DNA from: Spirochaetia bacterium
Lineage (GTDB): Bacteria > Spirochaetota > Spirochaetia > SZUA-6 > Bin103
Direction: 5' to 3'
Length of the DNA: 64,000 nt
Assembly: GCA_965198005.1 (NCBI GenBank)
Contig: CBDAOI010000004.1
Span: 1,376,001-1,440,000 of the forward strand
The notes below the pieces were generated by a model, which was not told the DNA's origin, ran no database searches, and was given only the letters and a program-made list of their open reading frames with translations. Shown in pieces: positions 1 through 10,631 of the stretch. The translations under genes and the position numbers were made by a program. Within the stretch, counting starts at the first letter, position 1. Each line of letters starts with the position of its first letter.

Positions 1-786
1 CATGATCACGGCGCCCCCGACCAGGATCGGCAACTGCAGGCCGATCAGGGACACCACCGGGATGAGGGCGTTCTTGACGGCGTGTCGGATCACCACGGCC
101 CGCTCCCTGAGCCCCTTGGACCAGGCGGTTCGAATATAGTCCTGCCTCAGCACCTCCAGCATCATGGTGCGCGTCATCCGCATGGTGGCGGCAGCCGCGG
201 CCGTTCCCAGAATCAGGCTGGGAATGAGGAACACCGCCAGATTCCCCAGCGGGTCCTCTGTGAAAGAAACCAGCTCCAGCGGCGGCGCCCAGCCCCACCA
301 GATGGCTGGGTAGATCATGACCATGATGCCGAGCCAGAAGTTGGGCGTGGCCAGGCCGATGATGGCGACCGAGCGCCCCAGGAAGTCGGCGACGGTATCC
401 TGGCGAATCGCCGAGTAGATGCCGACCGGCAACGCGATCACCAGCCCGATGAGGATTGCCATCAAACCAAGCTCGATGGTTACCGGCAGTCTATCTATTA
501 TCTTCTGCTCCACCGCCCCGCGGCCCATCAGTGATTCGCCGAGGCTGCCGTGCACGAAAATGCCTCCTAGCCAGCGTCCATACTGCACGTAGGCAGGCAC
601 GTCCAATCCCAGCCGGCGCTCAACGGCTGCACGGTCAAGCGCCCCCATCGTTTGGTATTCCATCCTACCTGTCATCACGTCTACTACATCTCCCGGGATG
701 AAGCGCACCGAGAGAAAGACCAGGATGCTCAAGATGAACAGCGTGGGCAGAATCAGCAATAACCGCCTGATGATATAGGCTTTCAT
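1..786 (-). CDS. ABC transporter permease, DppB/OppB-like (runs off left edge)
   Basis: Manual translation from ATG at 786: MKAYIIRRLLLILPTLFILSILVFLSVRFIPGD...MRMTRTMMLEVLRQDYIRTAWSKG; paralog of 23588..24598. Confidence 0.92.
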   Translation of the reverse strand, partial: MKAYIIRRLLLILPTLFILSILVFLSVRFIPGDVVDVMTGRMEYQTMGALDRAAVERRLGLDVPAYVQYGRWLGGIFVHGSLGESLMGRGAVEQKIIDRLPVTIELGLMAILIGLVIALPVGIYSAIRQDTVADFLGRSVAIIGLATPNFWLGIMVMIYPAIWWGWAPPLELVSFTEDPLGNLAVFLIPSLILGTAAAAATMRMTRTMMLEVLRQDYIRTAWSKGLRERAVVIRHAVKNALIPVVSLIGLQLPILVGGAVIM

Positions 787-810
787 GGGGACACCTGATT
801 CAATGAGTCA

Positions 811-850
811 GGGGCTGGGAGGCTCGCTCCGAACGCAACCTCCCAGCCCC
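811..850. terminator. GC-rich hairpin between SBP and permease genes
   Basis: GGGGCTGGGAGG...CCTCCCAGCCCC inverted repeat; homologous hairpins at 23496-23528 and 32590-32620. Confidence 0.7.
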
Positions 851-1159
851 TTTCGTGTAGGTCAGTAGGGGTGGGCTCCCTCTAGCGACCCATTTCTTTC
901 TTCAGATCCTGGCCAATCCAGAGGCGGGTGAAGACGGTGTTACTTTGACCGCCTCCCAACGTGAATTCACCGTTGTAACCCATGACCCACGGCTGGCTTG
1001 CCTGAAAATGTGGAGCCAGAGGACCCCATATCTGCCAGAACTTCTCTATCGCATACAGATCCAACTCTCCAACTATCCTGTTGCGCCCCTCGAGGGTGGA
1101 AGCGGCTCCGCCCGCTTCAAACAAGGCTTCATAAACCGGGTCGTTGACATTTGAGGTGT

Positions 1160-2279
1160 TCTGGGGTATCCATTTAACCGGACTAATGCTGTAGACTGTC
1201 GCCATGGAATACCCGCGCGGCGGCGCGCACTACCCGAGGTCGGTCGGAGAGTTCCAGGCTTGGTTCCAGAACGATGAGGACTGCTTGGACTACTTGGAGT
1301 GGCTGCGATGGCCGGCCGGCTTCGTGTGCTCGGCTTGTGGTCATCATGGGGAGTGGCGGCTGGGGGACGGTAGGCTCAGGTGCTCCGGGTGCGGCGGCCG
1401 CACTTCGGCGACCGCCGGCACGATTTTCGACCGGACACGAACGCCGCTGACGGTGTGGTTCACTGCCTGCTGGCTGTTCGCCACCGGTAAAGATGGGATT
1501 TCGGCGCTGAGCCTGAAGCGGACGCTGGAGATCGGCTCCTACCAGACGGCATGGACTATGCTGCATCGTCTGCGCGCGGTACTGGTACGTCCGGGGCGGG
1601 ATCGGCTGCGCGGGCTGGTGGAGGTAGATGAGACTTACATCGGCGGTGAGGAGCCGGGGCTGCGCGGCGGCCGGGCCGCGGGCAAGAAGGTACTGACCGG
1701 CGTAGCGGTCGAAGTCCGGGAGCCGAAAGGGATGGGCCGGTGTCGGATCGCACCGGTCCCGGATGCATCGGGGGCCTCGTTGCACCGGTTCGTGACGGAT
1801 CACGTCGAACCGGGTGCGACGGTCATCACCGACGGCTGGCAGGGCTATAGCGGACTGGAGCAGCTCGGCTATGCCCACGACCGGCGCAGCCAGCGGGCGG
1901 CTCGATTACGCGGAGAGGAGCCCGGCAAGCTGCTTCCCGCCGTGCACCAAGTTGCCTCGCTGGCCAAGCGGTGGCTGCTCGGCACCCATCAAGGCTCGGC
2001 GGAACACACGCACTTGGCCAGCTACCTCAATGAATTCGTGTTCCGCTTCAACCGTCGCCGTTCCCGGAGTCGCGGGATGGTATTCTTTCGGGTGCTAGAG
2101 CTCGCCGTCACGCACGCCCCAGTGCGCTACCAGGATCTCATCGCCAGCCATCGACCTCGGAAAGTTCCGCCAACACCGCCGCGGGGGCGCGGGCATCCGC
2201 CGAGCTTAGCGCGGCCTCCAGCGAACCGCCCGTGGAGAACAGCGAATCCAGCTAAGTCCGGTTAAATGGATACCCCAGA
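1160..2279 (+). mobile_element. IS1595-family insertion sequence
   Basis: Perfect 25-bp terminal inverted repeats TCTGGGGTATCCATTTAACCGGACT (1160-1184 / 2255-2279); 8-bp target duplication TGAGGTGT (1152-1159, 2280-2287). Confidence 0.95.
1204..2265 (+). CDS. IS1595 (ISXO2-like) transposase
   Basis: N-terminal Zn ribbon (CSAC, CSGC); catalytic motifs VEVDETYIGG, VITDG, YLNEFVFRFNRR. Confidence 0.95.
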   Translation: MEYPRGGAHYPRSVGEFQAWFQNDEDCLDYLEWLRWPAGFVCSACGHHGEWRLGDGRLRCSGCGGRTSATAGTIFDRTRTPLTVWFTACWLFATGKDGISALSLKRTLEIGSYQTAWTMLHRLRAVLVRPGRDRLRGLVEVDETYIGGEEPGLRGGRAAGKKVLTGVAVEVREPKGMGRCRIAPVPDASGASLHRFVTDHVEPGATVITDGWQGYSGLEQLGYAHDRRSQRAARLRGEEPGKLLPAVHQVASLAKRWLLGTHQGSAEHTHLASYLNEFVFRFNRRRSRSRGMVFFRVLELAVTHAPVRYQDLIASHRPRKVPPTPPRGRGHPPSLARPPANRPWRTANPAKSG

Positions 2280-3806
2280 TGAGGTGTTATGGTTTGCGGT
2301 CGACGTATAGCGAGCTTGCAATCCCAATGGGAACCACCTATTGGCCGCTTCCGAACTCATCATTTCGAAATCCCTATCACTTCTTCTAGCGACGAATTCG
2401 GCTACTGGCTGTACATCGATCTCCACATCAACGCCAATTTTTTTCCAGTATGAAACGGCTAATTCTACATAGTTCAAATCGCGCCGGTCGAGGTGCACCA
2501 ACTCGGTCTTGAATCTGATGCCGTCCGCTCCGCGAGGATATCCAGCCTCATCAAGCAACGCCTCGGCACCTTCCGGGTCGTAGTCGAATACCTTCTTGAC
2601 ATCTTCGGACCACTCTTCAAATGGGGTGATAATGTCTGCAAAAGTACGGTTTGCCTGCCCCTGGGGTGTCGTATCTGCATAACCTCTATAGTAGGCGTTG
2701 TTAATTTCGTCGAGATTCAATGCCTTCTGCATTGCTTTGCGCACCCTGATATCGGAAAAATATGGCAACTGAATGTTCATACCAAAAGCGTTATCCGACC
2801 GAGTGTAAAATGGCCATATCACGAGTTCGGGGTTGGTCCGCCGGAGGCTCTCCACCTGGTCGAGAGTCCTCATTTGAGATATCCCGATCGGACCTATGTA
2901 ATCAACCTGACCCGTGCGCAGTGCCGCCATATATGTTGCCACTTCGGGCATAATCAGGGCCCTTAACCTGTCAACATAGGGCAAGCGGTTCTCCGGGTAT
3001 TTTTCGTCGAAACCCCAGTAGTCGGGATTCTTGTCCCAGGTTACCGAGCTGCCCTCGGTCCAGTCAGTTAGCATCATGGGTCCGGTGCCGACCAGATTCC
3101 TCCAATCCGTAACGTCACCGTGTTCCTTGATTACCTCGGGAGGATATGTCCAGCCAAGCAGGCCGTCGAGGATACCAGCCAGTGCACCAAGGTTTAGCTG
3201 CTTCAGCTTCATAACAACCGTCCATCTGTCGGTGGCCGTTATCGATTCAAATTGCACACCTTGCAACGCAGTAACAAATTGGCTAGGTTCGGTGAAACCG
3301 CTGCCCAGACCCAGAAAACGGTGATAGTTATAGACGATGTCATCGGCAGTCAGCTCGCGACCGTTCATCGGTGGTTTATCATGCCAGTGAACGCCCTGGC
3401 GGACGTTGAAGACATAAGTCAGTGGGTCGGGGGTTTCCCAGCTTTCCGCCAGATGCCCTGTGAAGGCAGAGAAAGGAACGAATGCGAGCGCTTTAAAGTC
3501 AAATTCATCCCTGGGCGTTGCCCAGTCCGCGATGGCCAGCTTCTCCAAAACGCCAGCGACGTAGGTGGACGCCCACACACCATGGGGCACGACGTCAGGA
3601 CCCTCAGGCTCTTCTTTTTGGGCGAAGGTTATTGTCCCGCCGTACTGGGGCGCCACCACCACCTTGCCGGTGGAGGGGTCGGTGACGTACTTCTTGTCAG
3701 CGGCGGCTGCCGGCTCCTCTTCTGCGCCAGCGGCCCACAGGCCGGTTGCGGTCAGGGCGAGGACCAACGCAATCGCGAAGGTCATTCTGATTTTTACAAT
3801 GTTCAT

Positions 3807-3990
3807 ACGTTTCTCCGTATGTGGATTTTTCGAGAGTATTGCGAAGCGGATTGCCGCTCCCTGGCTACTCTCGCGCCCGCGTTGCAGGCGGCCAGACCGA
3901 GTCAAATCTGCATGTGCGCGCGGCGTGTAACTCAGCGGGCTCAGGCCGCGCGCAGGTGCGGTTCTTTGAGTACCATGTGCACCTCCTGTG
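3807..3990 (-). promoter_or_regulatory. Conserved SBP leader, copy 1 (SD + uORF MVLKEPHLRAA at 3976-3941 + structured RNA)
   Basis: Aligns with 21471-21664 and 34468-34662; AGGAGGTG SD before uORF. Confidence 0.8.
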
Positions 3991-4160
3991 CGCCGGGAAT
4001 ACCGGCAGGGTTGTAATGGATGTGATTGACCGGCAACGCCGGCGGTTGGTTCTGCGACGGTGTGTCGGGGTCGGGGATGCAGTGGACTGAGCCGGCGCCA
4101 CGCGGAGCCGGCCGCTCCCCCGGTGCTGCAGGCGAAGCCGCCCGCGGTGCGGTGAGCCCG

Positions 4161-4200
4161 AGCGGTTAGTTGTTTCTCTGTTCGAAAAGTGGGGGGGGGA
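4161..4200 (-). repeat. Poly-C (C9) + TTTCGAACnGAnAAACAACTAACCGCT motif, copy 1
   Basis: Reverse complement matches 21181-21229 and 28865-28910. Confidence 0.85.
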
Positions 4201-4705
4201 CTCCTCACCATTAAGCAAGCGCGCCGCGAGCTGATTTTCAGCAAATCTCGGCGCGCGGCTGTCAGGGGAACAGAGTGTCATAAGCGTTGACGTGTTATAA
4301 GTCACTCAAGCCCTCCGCAGGTGAGGCACAGCCATACCCAGATGTAGTCGCGATGTCGCGATTGACTGGATCCCACCCTATCGTAACCTCCGCTCCCGTG
4401 GACGTCAACCACGAATCGGCCCAGCAATTCTCGGTGAACGGCAGTCGATGGCCTGAAGAGACAGTCTGGAGGGGCCCCCACCATTTGTCAACCCCCGCCG
4501 CGAAAGGATTTCCGGGGGGGAGGGGATGGGCAAGGGTAGGACGCGCCGGTTGCGTTGCCCCTAACCGGTGGCAGCGCTGAGTAGTGTTTTCAGCCATCTT
4601 TTGCATCCGTTCAAACCTGAGACTTTTTACTATGCCACCCCTGCGGCAAACACGTCGACAGGAAGAACTGGCGAATTGAAGGTTTCTTGAGATTTCTTTC
4701 GGGCA

Positions 4706-4870
4706 GCCGCGGCAGCCGAGAGCCCCTCGCGGCGCCGACTCGGGCGCATCGCCCCTCCGGAGCCGTCATTCGCCGGCGATGTGGCCGTCCGCAGGCCGTT
4801 CACCGTCCACGTCGGCCTCACAGCGGCCCGCTGAGGGCCTTCCAGCCCCTCGGGGGTAAGCCTGGGGTAC
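4706..4870 (+). repeat. Diverged ~200-bp direct repeat, copy A (split by group II intron; continues ~6787-6835)
   Basis: GTCGGCCTCACAGCGGCCCGCTGAGGGCCTTCCA vs GTCGGCCTCATAGCGGCCCCCTGACGGCCTTCCA at ~7152-7185. Confidence 0.75.
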
Positions 4871-6786
4871 GAGCGCCAGGCTAACTGGCATATGACAGAG
4901 GGTGAAAGTCCCTCGGAACGAAGGAGCAGCCAATCCACGTTTCTCCGCGAGCCGTGCGTTGGCACCTGCGAGGGTGCAGGCGAAGCGTCGGCAGCGGTGC
5001 GTGCGGGCAGAGTTATGGAGCGCCGCAAAATACGACATCTGGAGTGCCGAGACTCTGTACTCGGTCGAAGGCAACACCGGTCGAGCCAGTATGGTGAGGA
5101 TCGACCGGGCTCCACGGCGTCGAAGAACTCAGGCACGTGCGTACGTCATATACCGGGACCTGGGAGGTCTTCGGGTCGTCCCGGCGAGTCGTCGCCGGGA
5201 CCGCGGAGGGAAGGCGTGAGGCTGGACCAAAGATGAACGACCCGAAGGAGTCGGACATGGGCATAGTAGCGGCGAAGCCGGCGAACAAGGGAGCGCAAGC
5301 GACTGCGGAGACGGTGGAGCGAAGGCCCATGACCAACGGGAATTCGCAAGGTCAAAGCACGGGCCGGACGCAGAGTCGGGCAACCGTGACACAGGCGGCC
5401 GAGCGGATACGGCAATTCGTAAAGAGAGAACCGCAGGAGAAACTCACTGCGCTGCTGCACCACGTGACGCCGGAAGCGCTGCGGGTGGCCTATTACGCGC
5501 TGAAGCGTGAAGCGGCCCCGGGGGTGGACGGGATGACGTGGCGGGAGTACGAGACGGGGTTGGAAGTGCGCTTGCACGACCTGCACCGGCGAGTACACAC
5601 AGGAGCGTACCGAGCGACCCCGGTACGGCGGGTCAACATCGACAAGCCGGACGGAGGCACACGACCGCTGGGGGTGGCCGCGCTGGAGGACAAGATCGTC
5701 CAGAAGGCCGTGGTGGATGTGATCCTGACACCGATCTATGAGGAGGAATTTCTCGGGATCAGCTATGGGTTTCGACCGGGGCGCGGGGCACACGATGCGT
5801 TGGACGCACTGGCCTACGCCATCGAACGGCGCGAAGTGAACTGGATATTGGACGCGGACATTCGCGCCTACTTCGACACGATCTCGCGGGACTGGTTGAT
5901 CAGATTCCTGGAGCATCGGATTGGAGATCGGCGGGTGCTGCGGCTGATAAAGAAGTGGCTGCGCGCTGGGGTACTGGAAGAAGGCCGACAGATCGACGCG
6001 GGGCGGGGTACAGCGCAAGGGTCGGTGATTTCACCGATGCTCGCGAATATATACTTGCACTACGTGTTGGACCTGTGGGTCACCAAGAAGTGGCGGCCGC
6101 AGGAGGCGCGCGGAGACATGATCATAGTGCGCTACGCAGATGACTATGTCGCCGGGTTCGAGCATCGTGACGATGCGGAACGCTTCCTGCGGGAACTGAA
6201 GGAGCGATTCAGAGGCTTCGAGCTGGAACTGAACGCCGACAAGACCCGACTCCTCGAGTTTGGACGGTATGCCGAAAGGAACCGCCGAGCACGTGGGGAA
6301 GGGCGACCGGAGACGTTCGACTTTCTGGGTTTCACGCATTATTGCAGGAAGGACAGGAAAGGACGCTTCGGGCTGGGGCGGAAGCCAATTCGGAAGCGGA
6401 TGAATCGTACGCTGAAGAGGATCAAGATCGAGCTCCGCAGACGAATGCATGATGACGTGATGGAAACCGGGCGCTGGCTGGGACGGGTACTGCGCGGATG
6501 GCTCAACTACTACGCGGTACCCACCAGCTACCGCTATCTGCACCGATTCGTGTGGCGTCTGCGAGGAATCTGGGTAAAGATTCTACGCCGGAGGTCCCAG
6601 AAGGACCGATTCTCCTGGGCTTGGATGCTGGCGATCAGCATCAAGCTGTGGCCCCAACCCCGAATCGTACACTCATGGCCGGACCGGCGATTTGCCGTCA
6701 ACCACCGAAGGTAGGAGCCGGATGGTTTAACGACCACGTCCGGATCTGTGCGGGGGGCGCCGGGTAACCGGCGTTCCTACCGCGCC
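4871..6786 (+). mobile_element. Group II intron (bacterial class E-like), ends approximate
   Basis: RT ORF; domain V AGGAGCCGGATGGTTTAACGACCACGTCCGGATCTG and domain VI GCCGGGTAACCGGCGTTCCTACCGCG follow the stop; 5' end GAGCGCCAGGCTAACTGGC. Confidence 0.85.
5233..6714 (+). CDS. ltrA: Group II intron reverse transcriptase/maturase, no En domain (start uncertain)
   Basis: AAPGVDG, SYGFRPGR, DADIRAYFD, GTAQGSVISPMLANIYLHYVLD, VRYADD, FDFLGF, domain X GWLNYY. Confidence 0.95.
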   Translation: MNDPKESDMGIVAAKPANKGAQATAETVERRPMTNGNSQGQSTGRTQSRATVTQAAERIRQFVKREPQEKLTALLHHVTPEALRVAYYALKREAAPGVDGMTWREYETGLEVRLHDLHRRVHTGAYRATPVRRVNIDKPDGGTRPLGVAALEDKIVQKAVVDVILTPIYEEEFLGISYGFRPGRGAHDALDALAYAIERREVNWILDADIRAYFDTISRDWLIRFLEHRIGDRRVLRLIKKWLRAGVLEEGRQIDAGRGTAQGSVISPMLANIYLHYVLDLWVTKKWRPQEARGDMIIVRYADDYVAGFEHRDDAERFLRELKERFRGFELELNADKTRLLEFGRYAERNRRARGEGRPETFDFLGFTHYCRKDRKGRFGLGRKPIRKRMNRTLKRIKIELRRRMHDDVMETGRWLGRVLRGWLNYYAVPTSYRYLHRFVWRLRGIWVKILRRRSQKDRFSWAWMLAISIKLWPQPRIVHSWPDRRFAVNHRR

Positions 6787-7046
6787 CCCCTGCAACACCC
6801 GTCAACGCCGATTCCCGGCACCGCTGGCTCCGTATTGACCGCGCCGCCACCGCCCGCAGCCCAGCCTGGTCGGGTCGCAGCCACCTCCAGGACCAGCTAC
6901 TAGCGACGGCAGACCTCCTCGAGCGTCAAGCCGCCGCTCCGTCAGTCGCCGCGCGCGGGGGGAATGGGCCGTTGCTGCGGCCGTCGCGGCGCTCCGGAGG
7001 TGCAACCGCGAGCCGCTCGTCGGTTGAGTTCGAGGCTGCTCGGACA

Positions 7047-7265
7047 GGAGCGGCAGCACGAGCGCCGCCGCGGCGACGATCTCGGCACTCGGACCCGTTC
7101 AGGGCCGGCATTCACCGCCGATTGGCCGGCAGCGGGCCGCTCGGCGTCCGAGTCGGCCTCATAGCGGCCCCCTGACGGCCTTCCAAACCCAGGGAGATAC
7201 CCCAGGGCACCCCCCGGAATCCCGCAAAATGCCCGTCGAAGCCGTTTCCCACCACCGCTGACACC
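7047..7265 (+). repeat. Diverged direct repeat, copy B (intron-free)
   Basis: Colinear with 4706-4870 joined to 6787-6835. Confidence 0.75.
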
Positions 7266-7388
7266 GCTGACACGCCGCGCGGTCCGCCACCCGGCTCCCG
7301 TGTGCCACCTCGAACATCAATCCGAGACCGGCACTGATCAGCGCTTGCAGGTCAGGAACGACGTGAGGTGCGGGCTGCAGAGCCCCCC

Positions 7389-7676
7389 TCAGTCGCGCCC
7401 ATACCCGCGCGGCGGCTCGACGCTCTCCAGTTCGGCAAGATCAAGCCCGCACATCGCCTCCAGCCGCTGTGCGAGCGCGGACTCCTGGAGACTGTCGGGC
7501 AAGTGGTCGAGCCACGCTTGATACTCACCCTGGAGGTCAAGCAGGGTGCCTACCGCATCCTGCCAACGCTGCGGTCGGGACCTGCGGTCTTGCGGCCTGC
7601 GGTACTGCACCCGGGGCTGCGCTGCCTTGCGGCGCTCTCGATAGCGCCGTTGTCGTTCCGCGTTACTTACCGCCAC
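7389..7676 (-). CDS. Small hypothetical protein, probably mobile-element associated
   Basis: 95-aa ORF MAVSNAERQRRYRER...PPRGYGRD with SD-like GGGAAG; next to IS remnants. Confidence 0.7.
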   Translation of the reverse strand: MAVSNAERQRRYRERRKAAQPRVQYRRPQDRRSRPQRWQDAVGTLLDLQGEYQAWLDHLPDSLQESALAQRLEAMCGLDLAELESVEPPRGYGRD

Positions 7677-7815
7677 TGCTCTACTTCCCGTTACGCTCCG
7701 TTACGTAACAGGTTCGGATTATCCGTGCACCGGTGCCGGTTCGCGCCGCGCAGTCTCCGGTCGCTCCCGTGAGCGGCGGGGACGACGCTTCCCGCGCCCG
7801 GCCCACCTTCCCCCA

Positions 7816-8062
7816 TCAGGCGGTCAGCGGTCGCGGAGCCCGGTGCTGTGGATCAAACTGCGTGCGGTCACGCAGCATCGCGCACGCCACCGCGAGCAAC
7901 CGGTCCGCGACCGTACGCAGCGCCCGGCCATGGCGCTGCCCGCGCGCGCGCAGCGCCGCATACCGCTCCCGACTCACCGGATCGTGCTGGATCGCCACCC
8001 GCGCCCAGTGATACATCGCGTTGCTCAGCCGCTGGTTGCAGGCACGGCGCATGCTCACCTGG
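7816..8062 (-). pseudogene. IS110-family transposase C-terminal fragment
   Basis: MRRACNQRLSNAMYHWARVAIQHDP...RALRTVADRLLAVACAML. Confidence 0.8.
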
Positions 8063-8797
8063 CAACTCTTCCCCGACCACCTGTTCACGTTGCAACAAGC
8101 GCGGCTGACCTATGCGCACTACCAGCAACTCATCGACACGTGTGATCAGGAGATCGAAACCGTGATCCGCGCGTTGGACACGGCCCCGGAGGCACCCCCC
8201 GACGCTCCCTCCGCCGGCGCCGACCGTACCGGCGAGGCAACCGTCGAAGGCGAGGCGCCCACCTCCCCGAGCACCCCTGAACCTGAACCGTTCGTCCTGC
8301 GCCTCCACCTCATGCGACTGTTCGGTACCGATCTGATGCTCATTCCCGGCATCGGCGAGAGCACTGCCTTCACCTTGTTCGCCGAAGTCGGAGCCGATCT
8401 GTGACGCTTTCCCGATGCTGGGCACTTTGCATCCTGGTTGAATCTCTGCCCCGACAACAAGATCACCGGCGGCAAGATCATCAGTTCGAAGACCGGACCC
8501 GGCTCCAATCGCGCCGCTCAGGCGCTGCGCATGGCAACCCAGGCGCTGTATCGGAGCCACTCCTCGCTCGGAGATCACTTTCGCCGCAAGCGTGCCCGCC
8601 TCGGCACTCCGGAGGCAATCACCGCCACCGCCCACAAGTTAGCCCGCATCATCTACCACCTCGTCACGCACCATGTGCCCTACGATGACAGCCTGCTCGA
8701 CGCCCATCAGCGCCAGGACCGGAAACGCCTTGAACGCCGCCTTCGCAACCAAGCCCGAACTCTTGGCTTCGATCTCGTTCTGGAGGCCGCCGCCTGA
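8060..8797 (+). pseudogene. IS110-family transposase fragment with internal stop (8402-8404)
   Basis: DLMLIPGIGE...EVGADL*RFPDAGHFASWLNLCPDNKITGGK...AITATAHKLARIIY. Confidence 0.88.
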
Positions 8798-8965
8798 CTA
8801 GGTGTTTCTCAGAAGCTCTCCCACCGGAGCGTGGTGCGATTTACCGCGGCCGCGCCCGCATCGTCCTGGTCGCTGCCAGCCTCCCGACCCTCATTCCACC
8901 GGTTCCACGGCGAGCTCGGCGCGCGGCTCGGGTGGCAACCATTAGCCGTCCCCGGGTAGGATGGG

Positions 8966-10534
8966 GTGGTGGTGAAGCGCAGACTGCCGCTCGGCATACA
9001 GACCTTCCGCGAAATTCGCGAGGACAACTGCTACTACGTGGACAAGACCGCCTACCTCGACCGGCTGCTCGACGAGGGCAAGCACTGGTTCCTGTCGCGG
9101 CCGCGGCGGTTCGGCAAGAGCCTGTTCGTGGACACCCTGAAGGAGTTCTTCGAGGGCAACGAGGAGCTTTTTCGCGATCTGTACATTCACGACCGGCGGG
9201 ACTGCTCGCAGCGCCACCCGGTGGTGCGGTTGAGCTTCGCCGGCGGCAACTTCGCGCAGCCGGGTTACCTGCCCAAGAACGTGATCGCCCAACTGGGCGG
9301 CATCGAGCGCCAACTCTCCGTCAGCGGGCGCTACGACACCGCTGCGGACCGCTTTCGGGATCTGCTGGAGACCCTGCACCACGAGACCGGACAGCGGGTG
9401 GCGGTGCTGGTCGACGAGTACGACAAGCCGATCCTGGACGCGCTGCAGCAGCCGGAGCTAGCGGTCGCCAACCGTGACGAGCTGAGCGGCGTGTACGGGG
9501 TGATCAAGGACGCCGACGCCCACGTGTGCTTTACCTTCTTCACCGGGGTGAGCAAGTTCTCGAAGGTCAACCTGTTCTCGGGGCTGAACAACCTCACCGA
9601 CCTCACCCTCGATCCGTCCTACGCGGCGATCTGCGGCTACACCGACGAGGATCTGGATACGGTGTTCGCCGCAGAACTCCCCGGCCTGGACCGCGAGCAG
9701 ATCCGCGACTGGTACAACGGCTACAACTGGCGCGGCAGTGAGCGAGTATACAACCCCTACGACGTGCTGCGGCTGTTCCGCAGCCGCGAGTTCGATGCCC
9801 ACTGGTTCGAGACCGGTTCGCCGGCGTTCCTGGTGAAGATGCTGTTCGAACGCCGCGTCACCTCGGTGTCACTGGGGGACACGGTGAGCACCGCGGAGCT
9901 GCTGTCGGCGTTCGACGTCGGCGGCCGCCACGCCGCTGAGCACATCGGCACCGAGGCACTGCTGTTCCAGACCGGCTACCTGACCATCGATACCGAGGAG
10001 CGGCGGGCCGGCAGGATGCTGTATCGCCTCGGCTACCCCAACCGGGAGGTGCGCCAGAGCCTGAACGACCACCTGCTGCGCCACTTGGTGCAGGACACCA
10101 GCCGCCAGACCGCCAACAGCATCCGCCTCTACGACCTGCTGGAGGCGAATGATTTCGACGGCATGCAGGCGCTGTTCCAGGCATTCTTCGCCAGCATCCC
10201 GTACCAGTGGTACACGAACAATGACATCGCCGAGTACGAGGGCTACTACGCGAGCGTTTTTTTCTCGTACTTCGCGGCCCTGGGTTATGAGATTACCGTG
10301 GAGGACTCCAGCAGCCACGGGCGGCTGGACATGGCGGTGCGGGCTGGCGGGCAGGTGTACCTGTTCGAGTTCAAGGTGGTGGAGATGGAACCGGAGGGCG
10401 GTGCGCTGGCGCAGCTTCAGAGCCGGGACTACGCGGCCAAGTACCGCCACCTGGGTGAGCCCATCCACCTGGTCGGGGTGGAGTTCAGCCGCGCTACCCG
10501 CAACGTGACCGCGTTCGCGGTGGCGCCGGGCTGA
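8966..10534 (+). CDS. AAA-ATPase-like protein with C-terminal PD-(D/E)XK nuclease domain
   Basis: LPLGIQTFREIRE, RPRRFGKS (Walker A), LVDEYDKP, GRLDM...LFEFK. Confidence 0.92.
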   Translation: MVVKRRLPLGIQTFREIREDNCYYVDKTAYLDRLLDEGKHWFLSRPRRFGKSLFVDTLKEFFEGNEELFRDLYIHDRRDCSQRHPVVRLSFAGGNFAQPGYLPKNVIAQLGGIERQLSVSGRYDTAADRFRDLLETLHHETGQRVAVLVDEYDKPILDALQQPELAVANRDELSGVYGVIKDADAHVCFTFFTGVSKFSKVNLFSGLNNLTDLTLDPSYAAICGYTDEDLDTVFAAELPGLDREQIRDWYNGYNWRGSERVYNPYDVLRLFRSREFDAHWFETGSPAFLVKMLFERRVTSVSLGDTVSTAELLSAFDVGGRHAAEHIGTEALLFQTGYLTIDTEERRAGRMLYRLGYPNREVRQSLNDHLLRHLVQDTSRQTANSIRLYDLLEANDFDGMQALFQAFFASIPYQWYTNNDIAEYEGYYASVFFSYFAALGYEITVEDSSSHGRLDMAVRAGGQVYLFEFKVVEMEPEGGALAQLQSRDYAAKYRHLGEPIHLVGVEFSRATRNVTAFAVAPG

Positions 10535-10631
10535 CGAGCAGCCGGTGGCCTGGTCCGAAAAAGGGGACCAGCGGTCGATGCTTGAGCATCGATTTTGTTG
10601 GTCTTCCGTGTCACGGAGTGACCGTGCCGAC

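Larger units (their letters stand above)
882..3806 (-). pseudogene. Family-5 ABC substrate-binding protein interrupted by IS1595
   Basis: ATG 3806 MNIVKIRMTFAIAL..., motifs RQGVHWHDKPPMNGRELTADD and VGTGP. Removing 1160-2279 plus one TSD copy rejoins ...ANHNTS|NVNDPVY...LWIGQDLKKEMGR in frame. Confidence 0.93.

Noticed and set aside
3807-4244. 146-aa N-terminal extension of the SBP ORF (and the 43-aa one at 34468-34596)
   Set aside because: Signal peptide and SD place the starts at 3806 and 34467; the upstream sequence is the conserved leader
4330-4350. NrdR-box-like ACCCAGATGTAGT
   Set aside because: Single site, no nrd genes nearby
5233-6714. DGR or retron RT diversifying the SBP genes
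   Set aside because: RT has maturase domain X and is followed by intron domains V/VI; I saw no TR/VR pair with adenine-specific mismatches and no msr/msd
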